Positions 35,331 through 45,102 of a DNA stretch of 64,000 nt are shown piece after piece (the stretch's first letter is position 1; every line of letters begins with the position of its first letter). The notes under the pieces are model-generated. The model was not told where the DNA came from, made no database searches, and saw only the letters and a program-made list of their open reading frames with translations. The DNA is taken from NCBI GenBank assembly GCA_018697295.1, contig JABHTJ010000002.1, positions 28,027 to 92,026 on the forward strand, read 5' to 3'. The translations under genes and the position numbers were made by a program. This DNA comes from an archaeon. GTDB taxonomy: Archaea > Nanobdellota > Nanobdellia > Pacearchaeales > GW2011-AR1.

Positions 35331-38300
35331 TCAACCTGTAAAAAAACAAATTAGTGGACTTCGATTTCATTTGCTTAGCCCAGAACAAATTAAGAAATTG
35401 TCTGTTGCAAAAATTGTGACTCCTGAACTTTACGATATTGATGGTTATCCTGTTGATGGTGGTCTTATGGATCTTCGCCTTGGGGCAATTGATCCGGGTG
35501 TTCGATGTAGAACTTGTGGTGGTCGATTAAAAGAATGTCTTGGTCATCCTGGAATGATTGAACTTGCACGACCAACAATTCATATTAAATATCTTCCAAT
35601 TATCGATTTAGTTCTTCGTTCGACTTGTGAGGCTTGTGGAAAAGTTTTGATTAAGGAAGAAAAAGATTTATCGAAAAATTTAATTGATAGAATTAAAAAA
35701 GCAAAAGATGGGAAGAAATGTCCTCACTGTAGCATTGTTCAAGAAAAAGTAAAGCTCGAAAAACCAACGACTTTTAGAAGTGGTCGTAGAAGGTTATTTC
35801 CTTCAGAAATTAGAGAGCGTTTGGTAAATGTTAGTGATGAAGACCTTAAGATTCTTGGAATTAATGCCGAGACCCTTCGGCCAGAATGGGCGATTTTAAC
35901 TTTGCTTTTGGTTCCGAGCGTTACTGTTCGACCGTCGATTACTCTTGAATCTGGTGAGCGAAGTGAAGACGACTTAACTCATAAGATGTCAGATATTATT
36001 CGATCTAATCAAAGACTTTGGGAAAATTTGAATGCTGGAGCCCCGGAAGTTATTATTGAAGATTTATGGGACTTACTACAATATCATATTACAACTTTCT
36101 TTGATAACTCTATTGCTAAGATTCCTCCTGCACGACACCGAAGTGGACAACCTCTGAAAACTATTACTGAAAGAATTAAGGGAAAGGAAGGACGAATTAG
36201 AAAAAACTTGGCAGGTAAGCGAGTTAATTATTCTGCACGAACAGTTATTTCTCCTGATCCGAATTTAAACCTTAATGAAGTTGGAGTACCTCTTGCTGTT
36301 GCCAAAATTTTATCTGTTGCCGAAAAAGTTACGACGATAAATATGGGTCGAATGAAAAGTTTAATTTTGGCTACTGAATATCCTGCAGCTAATTATATTC
36401 TTCGACCAGATGGAAAACGAAAACGAATTACTGATGATCTTCGAGAAGAATTAATTAATGAGATTGAACCTGGATATACTGTTGAAAGACATTTGGTTGA
36501 TGGAGATATAGTTTTATTTAATCGTCATCCTAGCCTTCATCGGGCGTCGCTGATGGCACATTTTGTAAAAGTTTTGCCCGGAAAGACATTTAGGGTTCAT
36601 CCTGCAACTTGTAATCCTTATAATGCTGACTTTGACGGGGACGAAATGAATATTCACGCTCCGCAAACTGAAGAAGCGCGTGCTGAAGCAGAAGTTTTAT
36701 TGAATGTTAATGCAAATTTATTTTCTCCGAAGAACAACATGAATATGATGGGCTGTGTAAAAGATGCTGTTAGTGGAAATTTTATGCTTAATGAATCTGA
36801 ATTGAATAAAGAGGATGCAGCTCAATTTCTTCACGAGGCTGATGTTGGATCTATTGATGGCCTTAAAAAAAATCTTAGTGGAAAAGAAGTTTTTGAAAAA
36901 GTTATTCCTTCAAAACTATCGAAATCAGATATTGGATACCGAGGATTTAAGAGTGAAAAAGGTGCTTCCTTAAAAATTTTAGATAAGGAACTTGGACGAG
37001 ATGAAAGTATGGATATTTTGAAAAAAGTTTTTAGTCTTGGAACTACATTTTTATCTCGAACTGGATTTACTTTGTCTGCACACGATTTAGATGTTCCTGA
37101 ATCTGTTAAGAAAAAGACTCAAAAAATCATTGATTCTGCTGAATTAAAAACTGAAAAAATTATTGAAGATTATTATAATAAAACCTTGGAACTTCTTCCA
37201 GGTAAGTCTGCTGAAGAGAGTCGAGAAATTAAAATTTTACAAGCATTAAATGAGACGCGAACAGATATTGGTGATGCAGTAAAAGAAGGATTTCCGGAAG
37301 ATAATTTGGCGAGCAAAATGATTGGTAGTGGTGCTGGCGGAAGTATGTTGAATATTACTCAGATTGCATGTTCGGTTGGACAACAAGTTCTTAATGGGCG
37401 ACGAATCGATTTTGGATACACTGAGAGAACACTTCCATTATTCAAGAAAGGAGATTTATCTCCGAGAGCTGGAGGATTTATTTATAGTTCTTTTATGAAA
37501 GGTCTTCGGCCAGATGAATTTTTCTTTGGAGCAATGACTGGTCGAGATGGTTTAATGGATACTGCTCTTAGAACTCCTAAGTCTGGTTATTTATATCGAC
37601 GACTTGCGAATGCCTTACAGGATTTAGTTTTAGCTTATGATGGGACTGTTCGAGATGCATCTAATGCGATTGTTCAATTCAAATATGGTCTTGACGGAGT
37701 AGATATTTCTGCAAAACATATTGATGGAAAAGTTGCATCTGGAGAAGCTATCGGAGTTATAACTGCACAATCTTTTGGCGAATCTTCTACGCAGATGGTT
37801 CTTAATGTGTTCCACGCTGCAGGTGTTGCAGAAATGCAGGTTACTCAAGGTCTTCCACGTATCATTGAAATCTTTGATGCACGAAAAATGCCAAAAACAC
37901 CGACGATGGAAATTTATTTGAATAAAGATCATAACAATGAAAAAAATGCGCGAACTGTTGCTGAAAAAATTAAGGAAGTAACTTTGAAAGAAATTTTATC
38001 TAAAATTTCTATTGATTTTGGTTCTAAGAAAATTAAAATTAAAATTGATCCAAAGGCGCTCAAATCTGCACACATTACTCTTGAAACTGCCGTAGATGTT
38101 TTGAATGATAAAGGTTTTGCGGCGAAGAAAGTTCTTGATGGAATTACTCTTGATATGGTAAAAGAAGATTTTAAGGAAATTTACAAAACTAAAGAAAAGA
38201 TTAAGGAAGTAATTTTGTCTGGAGTTAAAAAAATTACTCAGGTTTTAATTGTTAAGCGAGGAAGTGATTACGTTATTTTGACTGCTGGTTCGAATTTGAA

Positions 38301-38748
38301 AGATGTTTTATTGTTTAAGGGCGTTGATACAACACGAACGATAACTAATGATATTCATGAAATTTCCAATGTGCTTGGTGTTGAAGCTGCTCGACAAGCG
38401 ATTATCAATGAAATTGGAAAAGTAATTGTTTCTCAAGGTCTTGATGTCGATAAAAAACATTCAATGCTTGTTGCTGATACTATGGTTAGTAGTGGGGCAG
38501 TGAAGGGAATTACTCGAATGGGAATTATCGGAGACAAAAATTCTATTCTTGCACGAGCGAGTTTTGAAACTCCTGATAAACAATTTGTTCAAGCTACTAA
38601 GACTGGAAAGCGAGATCCATTAAATTCAGTTATTGAAAATATTATTTTGAATCAACCTGTTCCTGTTGGAACTGGACTTCCTGGCCTTTTGGTTAAGATT
38701 ACTGGTTCTCTTGCTCAAAAAGATAAAAAAGCGAAGGCCAAAAAATGA
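35323..38748 (+). CDS. rpoA: DNA-directed RNA polymerase subunit A, single ORF covering both A' and A'' regions
   Basis: 1141 aa. N-terminal Zn clamp CRTCGG...C, the NADFDGDEMN catalytic motif, bridge helix GRDGLMDTALRTPKSGYLYRRL and the trigger-loop region GEAIGVITAQSFGESSTQMVLNVFHAAGVA all continue without a stop into the A''-type C-terminus. Confidence 0.85.
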   Translation: MNNQPVKKQISGLRFHLLSPEQIKKLSVAKIVTPELYDIDGYPVDGGLMDLRLGAIDPGVRCRTCGGRLKECLGHPGMIELARPTIHIKYLPIIDLVLRSTCEACGKVLIKEEKDLSKNLIDRIKKAKDGKKCPHCSIVQEKVKLEKPTTFRSGRRRLFPSEIRERLVNVSDEDLKILGINAETLRPEWAILTLLLVPSVTVRPSITLESGERSEDDLTHKMSDIIRSNQRLWENLNAGAPEVIIEDLWDLLQYHITTFFDNSIAKIPPARHRSGQPLKTITERIKGKEGRIRKNLAGKRVNYSARTVISPDPNLNLNEVGVPLAVAKILSVAEKVTTINMGRMKSLILATEYPAANYILRPDGKRKRITDDLREELINEIEPGYTVERHLVDGDIVLFNRHPSLHRASLMAHFVKVLPGKTFRVHPATCNPYNADFDGDEMNIHAPQTEEARAEAEVLLNVNANLFSPKNNMNMMGCVKDAVSGNFMLNESELNKEDAAQFLHEADVGSIDGLKKNLSGKEVFEKVIPSKLSKSDIGYRGFKSEKGASLKILDKELGRDESMDILKKVFSLGTTFLSRTGFTLSAHDLDVPESVKKKTQKIIDSAELKTEKIIEDYYNKTLELLPGKSAEESREIKILQALNETRTDIGDAVKEGFPEDNLASKMIGSGAGGSMLNITQIACSVGQQVLNGRRIDFGYTERTLPLFKKGDLSPRAGGFIYSSFMKGLRPDEFFFGAMTGRDGLMDTALRTPKSGYLYRRLANALQDLVLAYDGTVRDASNAIVQFKYGLDGVDISAKHIDGKVASGEAIGVITAQSFGESSTQMVLNVFHAAGVAEMQVTQGLPRIIEIFDARKMPKTPTMEIYLNKDHNNEKNARTVAEKIKEVTLKEILSKISIDFGSKKIKIKIDPKALKSAHITLETAVDVLNDKGFAAKKVLDGITLDMVKEDFKEIYKTKEKIKEVILSGVKKITQVLIVKRGSDYVILTAGSNLKDVLLFKGVDTTRTITNDIHEISNVLGVEAARQAIINEIGKVIVSQGLDVDKKHSMLVADTMVSSGAVKGITRMGIIGDKNSILARASFETPDKQFVQATKTGKRDPLNSVIENIILNQPVPVGTGLPGLLVKITGSLAQKDKKAKAKK

Positions 38749-39002
38749 GTATAAAAGAAATTAAAGAAGCAATTGATGAAAACGCGGCACTATTTGGAAT
38801 TCGTCAAGCTCTTAAGAAAGGAAAAGATTCTCAAGGAGTTTTTATTGCAAAAGATGCTCGAGATTCGACAGTTGATATTTTAGAAAATTCGGATATTGAA
38901 TTTGTTGTTTTGAAGAGTAAGGCTGATTTGGCGAAGGAACTTAATTTAGATTTTGAGACTGAAGTTATTTGTTTGATTGAGCCACGAGGGGCCCAAAAAT
39001 AA
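38745..39002 (+). CDS. rpl30e: Ribosomal protein eL30 (L30e)
   Basis: 85 aa L30e/L7Ae-fold protein in the canonical position after rpoA. The start overlaps the rpoA stop (ATGA). Confidence 0.75.
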   Translation: MSIKEIKEAIDENAALFGIRQALKKGKDSQGVFIAKDARDSTVDILENSDIEFVVLKSKADLAKELNLDFETEVICLIEPRGAQK

Positions 39003-39011
39003 TTTAGGATT

Positions 39012-39437
39012 ATGGGAACTACAATAGATATGCAGTTTATGAGGTACATTAATTTATTTTCAAAGGTTTGTCGAGTAAGTACGACTAAATGTTTTATGTA
39101 CAATAATCAAATTGTTTTTGCAGTTCCGAAAGGTCAGGTTTCTTTTGCGATTGGAAAAGATGCAGTTAATGTTAAACGTCTTCGAGATACGCTTCGGAAA
39201 AAAATAAAAGTTATTGCAATGCCTGCAAAAGATGACGACGAAGGGATAATTACTTTTATCAAGGATTTAGTAAGTCCTGTTGAATTTACAGGTGTTGAAA
39301 TAAAAGATTCTGGAGTTACTGTTACTGCTGGTCGTCAGAATAAGGCCGCACTTATTGGAAGAAACAGGGTGCGAGAAAAAGAGTTATTGGATATTTTGAA
39401 AAATCATTTTGGGTTTAGTAAAGTTAAGATTGCGTAA
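39012..39437 (+). CDS. nusA: Archaeal NusA-like transcription termination factor (KH domains)
   Basis: KH-like GxxG region AIGKDAVNVKRLRD. Size (~140 aa) and position between rpl30e and rps12 are canonical. Confidence 0.7.
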   Translation: MGTTIDMQFMRYINLFSKVCRVSTTKCFMYNNQIVFAVPKGQVSFAIGKDAVNVKRLRDTLRKKIKVIAMPAKDDDEGIITFIKDLVSPVEFTGVEIKDSGVTVTAGRQNKAALIGRNRVREKELLDILKNHFGFSKVKIA

Positions 39438-39489
39438 TGTGCTCGAATATACTAAACTTTATAAATTGAAATTTCAACAAATAGATACG

Positions 39490-39912
39490 ATGGGATTAAT
39501 GAGTGGACGAAAATTGAAGAATGCGAGAAAGAAATTTCGCGATAATAGGTTGCCTGATAAAAAAAAGCGACTTGGAATTAGTTTGAAGTTTGATCCACTT
39601 GGACGAGCTAGCCAGGCAAAAGGAATAGTTACTAAGAAAATTCAAAAAGAAGCAAAGCAGCCAAACTCAGCTATGAGAAAATGTTGCAGGGTTCAGTTAA
39701 TCGGAAGTGGAAAAGAAGTTACTGCTTTTATTCCGGGGAACTTGGCGCAAAAGTTTGTTGATGAACACGATGAAGTTCTTATTGAAAGAATTGGTGGAAA
39801 ACAAGGACGAACGAAAGGGGATTTATCTGGTGTTCGATTTGCAGTTATTAAAGTAAATGATCAACCTCTAGAAAGGCTTTGGACTGGAAAGATTGAGAAG
39901 GGACGTCGATAA
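39490..39912 (+). CDS. rps12: Ribosomal protein uS12
   Basis: MGLMSGRKLKNARKKFR...PNSAMRKCCRVQLIGSGKEVTAFIPGNLAQKFVDEHDEVLIERIGGKQGRTKGDLSGVRFAVIKVN has the S12 signature. I chose the internal Met. The track ORF is N-extended. Confidence 0.85.
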   Translation: MGLMSGRKLKNARKKFRDNRLPDKKKRLGISLKFDPLGRASQAKGIVTKKIQKEAKQPNSAMRKCCRVQLIGSGKEVTAFIPGNLAQKFVDEHDEVLIERIGGKQGRTKGDLSGVRFAVIKVNDQPLERLWTGKIEKGRR

Positions 39913-40359
39913 ATGGGAGCTGGATGTGAGCCAGATGGAGATATTATTGGGGCTGCAGCTCATGCAAGGTTAGGGCTTTTTGGAGCTGGGAGAGATTCAA
40001 TAGAGGATTTTGCCCGAACAGGTGTTCGAAAATCTGGGGGAAATCTCATCGAAGTTAGAGAAGATTCTGGAGCGGCTGAAAGTGCGAATGAAGTAAATTG
40101 GATAAATCCAGATATTCGGAGAAATGATGGGTTAGTTGAAGTTTATGAGGCTACTGCTTCTGTTGATGGACACCGGAGTGTAAGGGTTCAAGGTTATTCT
40201 GAAGATACTTTTGAAAGTTTTGAGAATCCTGGACCGAGAGTTTATCTTACTTCGATTGAACGAGCTTCAGATAGTCGTGATGTTGTTGCCCTATTAGATG
40301 AACAAACTCGCCGATATGGATTTAAGTCTACTTTGAAGACGGTTGGTGCAGAATGGTAG
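39913..40359 (+). CDS. Hypothetical acidic 148-aa protein inserted between rps12 and rps7
   Basis: Starts at the nucleotide after the rps12 stop and ends 2 nt before the rps7 ATG at 40362. Its sequence is visibly more GC-rich than its neighbours. It is Gly/Ala/Asp/Glu/Arg-rich with no TM segment. No recognisable family. Confidence 0.45.
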   Translation: MGAGCEPDGDIIGAAAHARLGLFGAGRDSIEDFARTGVRKSGGNLIEVREDSGAAESANEVNWINPDIRRNDGLVEVYEATASVDGHRSVRVQGYSEDTFESFENPGPRVYLTSIERASDSRDVVALLDEQTRRYGFKSTLKTVGAEW

Positions 40360-40949
40360 AAATGAAAGTGTTCGGAATGTTTGATGCGTCAGAAGTTAGT
40401 ATTTCTGATCCTGGTTTGAAGCGAGTTGTTAATTTGGATTCTAAATTGTTATTAAAATCTCATGGGCGGATTAAATATGATCCTACTCGGGCGAAAGTTA
40501 ATGTTGTTGAAAGACTAATTAATTTGTTACAAGTTCCTGGTAGTCGGGGAAAGAAGCACAGAATTATTACTGGTTGGATTACTGGAAAGCATACTCGATG
40601 TACGAAAATTGTTATTGATGCATTCAAGATTATTCAAGAAAAAACTGGAGAGAATCCTTTAGTTGTTTTTGCACGAGCGATTGAAAACGGAGCTCCGCGA
40701 GACGAAGTAACCTCTATTGAATATGGTGGAGCGAAATATCCTCAGGCAGTTGATGTTAGTCCACGACGACGATTGAATCTTGTTTTAAGATATATTATTA
40801 ATGGTTCTTATGATAAAGCATTTAATAAAAAAGCAACTATTGTTGAATCTTTGGCTAAAGAAATAATGGCTGCAGCAGCAAATTCTGGAGAGAGTTACGC
40901 GATTGGTAAGAAGAATGATGCAGAGAAACAAGCCGACGCTGCTCGTTAA
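40353..40949 (+). CDS. rps7: Ribosomal protein uS7
   Basis: KVFGMF...HGRIKYDPTRAKVNVVERLINLLQ...YGGAKYPQAVDVSPRRR is the S7 signature. The true start is possibly the ATG at 40362. Confidence 0.85.
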   Translation: MVEMKVFGMFDASEVSISDPGLKRVVNLDSKLLLKSHGRIKYDPTRAKVNVVERLINLLQVPGSRGKKHRIITGWITGKHTRCTKIVIDAFKIIQEKTGENPLVVFARAIENGAPRDEVTSIEYGGAKYPQAVDVSPRRRLNLVLRYIINGSYDKAFNKKATIVESLAKEIMAAAANSGESYAIGKKNDAEKQADAAR

Positions 40950-41101
40950 TTTTTTATTTTCAATAGCAATTTCTTGATTAAAATTTTCTTATGTGTGATG
41001 TGCACACTGCGAAAATTTTTCCTGTAAAATCTAACTGATGAAAATAAAAAATTGTTGTCGGAATTGCTAAATTTTTATAAAGTCTCGACGTTTTTTGATT
41101 T

Positions 41102-41341
41102 ATGAAAATGGGGACAAGCAGAGATTTAGAACTCGGTGAAGAGGCTGAAATGAACCCTCATAATATGCCCTTTTCCGTTACTGGTGGCTGGATTAGGAGG
41201 AATAGTTCCCAAAGATATCCAGATTATGATTTTGTTGATAGAGATTCTGTGAGATATGTTTATGATCGTTCAATTCCTTTTTCTGAACAGGGAAGATCTG
41301 AGGAACGATATACTCTTAATCGACATTTTTCTTTAGGCTAA
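41102..41341 (+). CDS. Hypothetical 79-aa protein between rps7 and fusA
   Basis: R/D/Y/S-rich (RYPDYDFVDRDSVRYVYDRS). Its composition is unlike the surrounding K/I/N-rich proteome. No family. It could be non-coding. Confidence 0.3.
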   Translation: MKMGTSRDLELGEEAEMNPHNMPFSVTGGWIRRNSSQRYPDYDFVDRDSVRYVYDRSIPFSEQGRSEERYTLNRHFSLG

Positions 41342-41380
41342 GATAGTCGTTTAATTTTTTTATTACATTTTATACAAAAG

Positions 41381-41389
41381 TTTTTAAAG
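41381..41389 (+). promoter_or_regulatory. TATA-box-like element (tttttaaag) ~26 nt upstream of fusA ATG, implying leaderless mRNA
   Basis: A-rich BRE-like aaag precedes tttttaaag. The ATG at 41411 lies at the expected TSS distance. Confidence 0.35.
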
Positions 41390-41410
41390 CAAATCTTCAA
41401 CATTTATCCT

Positions 41411-43582
41411 ATGGCAGATGACATGATTGAGAAGGTTAAGGCTTTACAAAACGATCCAAAGCATATTCGTAATATCGCGATTTGTGCGCACATTGATCAC
41501 GGTAAGACGACATTTTCTGACAATTTACTTGCCGGAGCTGGAATGATGAGTGAGGATTTGGCTGGAAAGGCTCGAACACTTGATTTTCATGAAGACGAAG
41601 CAGAGCGAGGAATTACAATTGATTCTGCTAGCGTTTCTATGGTTCACAAGGTAGAGGGGCAAGATTATTTGATTAATTTAATTGATACTCCTGGTCACGT
41701 TGACTTCGGTGGAGATGTTACTCGAGCAATGCGTGCAGTGGATGGTGCGATTGTTTTGACATGTGCAAGTGAAGGGATTATGCCTCAAACTGAGACTGTT
41801 CTTCGACAAGCATTAAAAGAAAGAGTAAAACCAATTTTATTTATTAATAAGGTTGATCGATTAATTCGAGAAGTAAAGCTTACTCCTGAAGAAATGCAAA
41901 AACGATTTATTGGAATTATTGATGATGTTAATAAATTAATTATGAAAATTGCTGAACCTGGATATGGTGAAAAATGGCAAGTAAATGTCGCGGACGGTTC
42001 GGTTGCGTTTGGTTCTGCATTCCATAATTGGGCACTTTCAATTCCATACATGCAGAAAAATGGAATTTCATTTAAAGAAATAATTGATGCTTACGAGGCT
42101 GGTGGAGAAGAATATAAAGTTTTAGCGAAGAAAGCTCCGATTCACGAAGTTATTTTGAACATGGTTGTAACGAATCATCCCAATCCCGTTACTGCACAAG
42201 AATATCGGATTCCAAAAATTTGGCACGGCGATTTAGAAAGCCAAGCTGGGAAAGATTTTCAAGCATGTAATATTGATGGAGAAGTAGCATTTGTTCCAAT
42301 TAAAATTGTGGTTGACCCTCATGCTGGTGAAGTGGCAGCTGGACGACTTTTTGGTGGACGGATTAAACAAGGAGATGAACTTCATATGAATATCGCAGGA
42401 ACTCAAGTTCGTGTTCAACAAGTTTCAATTTACAAAGGTGCACAGCGAGTTCGTCTTGACGAAGTTGTAGCCGGAAATATCGTCGGTATTGTGGGATTAA
42501 AAGATGTTGTTGTTGGAGAAACTGTTTCTAAAAATCCGATTGAGCCATTTGAAGCGATTAGTCATTTGTTTGAACCGGTTGTTACTAAGTCGATTAGTGC
42601 GAAGAGAACTGCAGATTTACCAAAACTTATTGAAATTCTTAGACAAATTGGAAAGGAAGATCCAAGTCTTAAAATTGAAATTAATGAAGAGACTGGAGAA
42701 TCTTTGATTTCTGGAATGGGTGAGCTTCATTTAGAAATTATTGAAAATAGAATTAAGACTGAAAAGAAATTAGAGGTTGAATGTGGTTCGCCAATTGTTG
42801 TTTTTAGAGAATCGGTAACTAAGAAAAGTGATATTGCAGTTGGCCGAAGTCCGAATAAGCACAATGATTTCTTTATTACAGTTGAACCTTTAGAAGATGC
42901 AGTTATTGAAGCAATCGCTGAGGGAAAAATTCCTGAAGGTCGAATTAAGAAAAAAGATAAAACTCTTGACGAGACTTTGGTTGGTCTGGGTATTTCTCGA
43001 GATGAAGCAGGACAGTATCGGGATGTTTACAAGGGAAGTATATTTTTAGATAAGACTAAAGGAATTGTTCAAATTGGTGAAGTGATGGAACTTTTACTTG
43101 ACGCATTCGAACAAGTTATGACTGCTGGTCCAATGGCTCGAGAACCTTGTCATAAATTAAAAGTCTCAGTTGTTGATATGAAACTTCACGAGGACGCTAT
43201 TCACCGTGGTCCTGCACAAGTATACCCTGCAGTTAGAGAGGCAGTTAAGGAAGCATTTGCAAAAGCAATCCCTTGTATTTTTGAGCCTGTTCAAGTTCAT
43301 CAAATTGAAGCCCCTACAGAATTTATGGGGGCAATGACTTCTTTAGTTTCTACAAAACGAGGAAATTTAATCGATGTTGCTCAAGAAGCGAGCGGTACGA
43401 CGATAAAAGCAGAACTTCCAGTTCAAGAAATGATTGGATGGACTTCAGATTTACGAAGTTCTACCGAAGGTCGTGGAATTTCAAGTTTAGTTTCTCAGAC
43501 TTTTAAGAAATTGCCCGGAGATTTGCAGCCAAAAGTTGTGAAGCAGATTCGAGAGAGGAAAGGTTTGGCTGAGAACCAGTAA
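41411..43582 (+). CDS. fusA: Elongation factor 2 (aEF-2)
   Basis: G-domain AHIDHGKTT, DTPGHVDF, NKVD. 723 aa. Diphthamide-loop region present. Confidence 0.9.
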   Translation: MADDMIEKVKALQNDPKHIRNIAICAHIDHGKTTFSDNLLAGAGMMSEDLAGKARTLDFHEDEAERGITIDSASVSMVHKVEGQDYLINLIDTPGHVDFGGDVTRAMRAVDGAIVLTCASEGIMPQTETVLRQALKERVKPILFINKVDRLIREVKLTPEEMQKRFIGIIDDVNKLIMKIAEPGYGEKWQVNVADGSVAFGSAFHNWALSIPYMQKNGISFKEIIDAYEAGGEEYKVLAKKAPIHEVILNMVVTNHPNPVTAQEYRIPKIWHGDLESQAGKDFQACNIDGEVAFVPIKIVVDPHAGEVAAGRLFGGRIKQGDELHMNIAGTQVRVQQVSIYKGAQRVRLDEVVAGNIVGIVGLKDVVVGETVSKNPIEPFEAISHLFEPVVTKSISAKRTADLPKLIEILRQIGKEDPSLKIEINEETGESLISGMGELHLEIIENRIKTEKKLEVECGSPIVVFRESVTKKSDIAVGRSPNKHNDFFITVEPLEDAVIEAIAEGKIPEGRIKKKDKTLDETLVGLGISRDEAGQYRDVYKGSIFLDKTKGIVQIGEVMELLLDAFEQVMTAGPMAREPCHKLKVSVVDMKLHEDAIHRGPAQVYPAVREAVKEAFAKAIPCIFEPVQVHQIEAPTEFMGAMTSLVSTKRGNLIDVAQEASGTTIKAELPVQEMIGWTSDLRSSTEGRGISSLVSQTFKKLPGDLQPKVVKQIRERKGLAENQ

Positions 43583-43692
43583 GACTATTATTGTTTAATT
43601 CTCCTTCCCAAAAACTTTAAAAACCACTCTAAACACAAATATTTATCTTGATTCGTCAAGAATTAAACTAACTAAATTAAACAAAAAATAAT

Positions 43693-44979
43693 ATGGCTAA
43701 AGAAAAACCAGGAATGAACGTTGTATTCGTTGGACATGTCGACCAAGGAAAGTCTACTTGCGTAGGTAGAGTATTCTTCGACGGTGGCGCAGTTTCTGAA
43801 CAAGAAATGAAGAAGTTCAAAGAAGAAGCGGAAAAACACGGTAAAGCAGGTTTTGAATTTGCATATGTAATGGATGATTTGAAGGAAGAGCGAGAAAGAG
43901 GGGTTACTATTAATCTTTCTTACAAGAAGCTTATGACTCAGAATTTTGAAGTTACTATTATTGACGCTCCAGGGCACAAGGATTTTGTTAAAAACATGAT
44001 TACTGGTGCCTCTCAAGCAGACGCAGCTTTCTTAGTTGTCGGATGTGAAGACGGAGTTCAGCCACAAACAAAAGAACACGTTTGGTTACTTCGAACTATG
44101 GGTGTTAAACACTTAGCAGTTCTTATTAACAAAATGGATGTTGTTGACTATTCTGAAGAAAAGTTTAACAAAGCTGTTGCTGATGTCAAAGAAGTTATCA
44201 AACAGGCAGGATATGCTCCGGATACTACACCTTTTATCCCCGGCTCTGCATTAATGGGCGATAACATTGCAAACAAGACTGACAAGTTGGCTTGGTACAA
44301 AGGACCTACAGTTTTAGAACAAATTGATAAGTTCCCTGCACCAGAAAAACCAACTAATTTACCAATGCGAATGCCAATCCAAGATGTCTATGATATCACT
44401 GGTATTGGTACTGTTCCTGTAGGAAAGATTGAAACTGGAATTATGAAGATCGGACAAAAGATCATCGTTTTACCGGGTCGATCTGGAAGTGGAATCGAGG
44501 GTGAAGTTCGAAGTATCGAAGCTCACCACGAACAATTGCAAGAAGGCGAAGCTGGAGACAATGTTGGTATCAACCTGAGAGGGATTGGTAAAAAAGACAT
44601 GGCTCGAGGAGACGTTATCTGTGATGCTGCTGAACCTGCAAGTATTGTTGAAGAGTTTGAAGCACAAATCGCTGTTATCAATCATCCAACAGTAATCGCA
44701 AAAGGTTATACACCAGTTTTCCATGTTCATACAGCACAAGTTCCATGTCAATTCGTGGAATTAGTGTCTAAGTTGGACCCTGCAAGCGGACAAGTAAGCG
44801 AAGAAAACCCAGACTTCTTGAAGAATGGGGACGTTGCAATTGTAAAAATTAAGCCGATCGGTAATCTTGTTTTGGAATCTGCAGATAAGAATCCAAATAT
44901 GGCAAGATTTGCTATCCGAGACGCTGGTATTACTGTTGCAGCTGGTGTTTGTAAATCACTTACTTCAAAAAAACTTTAA
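43693..44979 (+). CDS. tuf: Elongation factor 1-alpha
   Basis: GHVDQGKST, DAPGHKDF, NKMD. 428 aa. Confidence 0.9.
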   Translation: MAKEKPGMNVVFVGHVDQGKSTCVGRVFFDGGAVSEQEMKKFKEEAEKHGKAGFEFAYVMDDLKEERERGVTINLSYKKLMTQNFEVTIIDAPGHKDFVKNMITGASQADAAFLVVGCEDGVQPQTKEHVWLLRTMGVKHLAVLINKMDVVDYSEEKFNKAVADVKEVIKQAGYAPDTTPFIPGSALMGDNIANKTDKLAWYKGPTVLEQIDKFPAPEKPTNLPMRMPIQDVYDITGIGTVPVGKIETGIMKIGQKIIVLPGRSGSGIEGEVRSIEAHHEQLQEGEAGDNVGINLRGIGKKDMARGDVICDAAEPASIVEEFEAQIAVINHPTVIAKGYTPVFHVHTAQVPCQFVELVSKLDPASGQVSEENPDFLKNGDVAIVKIKPIGNLVLESADKNPNMARFAIRDAGITVAAGVCKSLTSKKL

Positions 44980-45060
44980 GGTCTAATTGACCTCTTTTTA
45001 TTTTTATTTTTATAACCTTCGGGATTTTCTCGAAGGTTGATGACTTTTTATTTTTCGTAA
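44980..45060 (+). terminator. Two hairpins each followed by T-runs after tuf
   Basis: GGTCtaattGACC followed by tctttttatttttattttt. CCTTCGggattttctCGAAGG followed by ttgatgactttttattttt. Confidence 0.4.
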
Positions 45061-45102
45061 ATTACTTAAGTAGTGTTAACTCTATAATCTAGGAGGTGTT
45101 TT

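Noticed and set aside
40990-41050. Possible box C/D sRNA (GTGATGT ... CTGATGA)
   Set aside because: Spacing between the putative C and D'/C' boxes (~40 nt) is wrong. No terminal D box (CTGA) or closing stem was found.
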